From NCBI GenBank assembly GCA_016234855.1, contig JACRNO010000057.1, positions 1-60,829 of the forward strand: a DNA stretch of 60,829 nt, in the 5' to 3' direction. Source of the DNA: Deltaproteobacteria bacterium. GTDB lineage: Bacteria > Desulfobacterota > GWC2-55-46. Under the pieces are notes generated by a model. It made no database searches and had not been told where the DNA came from. It saw only the letters and a list, made by a program, of their open reading frames with translations. Position 1 is the first letter of the stretch. Every line of letters begins with the position of its first letter. Position numbers and translations under genes: made by a program. Shown piece after piece: positions 59,897 through 60,829 of this stretch.

Positions 59897-60678
59897 AACT
59901 ATCGAGGGTATTCGCATACGCGATACGGCACATATACCTCTACAAGCGGAGCTTCCCGAGGCTCATGGAGGTCTTCTACTGGCCGCTCCTCGACCTCCTG
60001 CTCTGGGGGTTCGTCACCGTCTACCTTGCAAAAAACGCCGTGCCGGGCTTCGTCGCCTTCTTTGTCGGCGCGCTGATACTGTGGGACATGCTCTTTCGGA
60101 GCCAGCAGGGCATCTCCGTCTCGTTCCTCGAGGACGTCTGGTCGCGTAACCTCCTGAACATCTTCGTAAGCCCCATGAGCGCGGTCGAATACGTCGCATC
60201 CCTCATGGTCATAAGCGTCGTAAAGCTCCTGCTCACCTCGACCGTGATGATAACCCTTGCGTGGGTATTGTATTCGTACAACATCTTCCACTTCGGCATC
60301 CTGCTCGTCCCGTTCATCGCCAACCTCGTCATAATGGGCTGGGCCATCGGCATAGTCACCACCGCTCTGATACTCAGGTTCGGCCAGGAGACCGAGGTCC
60401 TTGCATGGGGTGTGGCGCTCTTCTTCCAGCCCATATCAGCGGTCTTCTACCCGGTCTCGGTCCTACCGCCGCCGCTTAACACCATCGCCCGGTTTACGCC
60501 CTCGGCCCACGTCTTCGAGGGGATGCGCGCCGTAATCAACACAGGGACGTTCCCGGCCAACGAACTCATCTGGGCCGCCTGCCTCAACCTCGCCTACGTC
60601 ACCTTTGCCGTCGCATTCTTCTCATGGAACTTCCGCGTGGTGAAAAGAAAAGGTCTGCTGGTAAAGATAGGCGAGTAA
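59893..60678 (+). CDS. ABC-2 exporter permease
   Basis: Six TM helices, AVFYPVSVLP, VFEGMR; ATGA overlap with the ATPase gene. Confidence 0.9.
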   Translation: MKLSRVFAYAIRHIYLYKRSFPRLMEVFYWPLLDLLLWGFVTVYLAKNAVPGFVAFFVGALILWDMLFRSQQGISVSFLEDVWSRNLLNIFVSPMSAVEYVASLMVISVVKLLLTSTVMITLAWVLYSYNIFHFGILLVPFIANLVIMGWAIGIVTTALILRFGQETEVLAWGVALFFQPISAVFYPVSVLPPPLNTIARFTPSAHVFEGMRAVINTGTFPANELIWAACLNLAYVTFAVAFFSWNFRVVKRKGLLVKIGE

Positions 60679-60692
60679 GACGGCGCATCCGT

Positions 60693-60829
60693 TGTACATG
60701 CTCAGTAATTAGGTAACTCTTTTGGTAGAATGAAGCAAGCCAAAGGAGGTATTCATGCAGTATTCGTATCAGGTTATTGTAAAGCGTTGGCTTCCGATAC
60801 TCAGAGAATACGAGCGCACAAAGAGCAAG
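60693..60829 (+). mobile_element. Probable left end of an IS481-like element with the 5' end of its transposase (ATG 60755)
   Basis: Switch to AT-richer sequence at TGTACA..., AGGAGG SD, ORF MQYSYQVIVKRWLPILREYERTKSK running off the window. Confidence 0.5.

Noticed and set aside
1-60829. tRNA, rRNA, prophage, retron/DGR or RAYT transposase genes
   Set aside because: No cloverleaf, rRNA, reverse transcriptase, phage structural or HUH-Y1 motifs were recognised by eye.

Overview
GC-rich bacterial chromosomal window whose gene content points to a deltaproteobacterium/Desulfobacterota-like organism (inferred, no search run). It starts in the first codons of mraZ, with a consensus promoter and MraZ boxes, and ends in the probable left end of an IS481-like element. 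Housekeeping blocks: heme (cobA-hemD, hemB, ahbD); ald; lysS-lolE-[TPR/2xcNMP]-lolD-bamA-skp-lpxD-fabZ-lpxA-(gnnA-like)-lpxB; a PAS hybrid kinase; a cysteine desulfurase; tsaD; rsmA; a deoxynucleoside kinase; panBCD; a pentose-phosphate cluster (tkt, tal-pgi, gnd, zwf, glk, pgl); three c7-type triheme cytochromes; aspS; tag; lptF plus a broken lptG; ftsB; argS; an ABC-2 exporter. Accessory genes: three TA pairs, an AT-rich nuclease-like gene, a PAP2 phosphatase and an HTH-HATPase-STAS protein. No rRNA, tRNA or CRISPR array was seen. The most unusual signal is intergenic. At least three REP-like palindrome families and three MITE end types are repeatedly nested inside each other (MITEs carrying REPINs; elements inserted into the hairpin loops of other repeats), with no cognate transposase in the window. 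Other leads are a probable ACG-initiated PIN toxin, a cNMP sensor inside the lol operon, three leaderless genes with operator-like repeats, a pan-motif-like RNA before panC and a nitrilase-family enzyme lacking its catalytic Glu. All calls rest on motif recognition and coordinates were read by eye.
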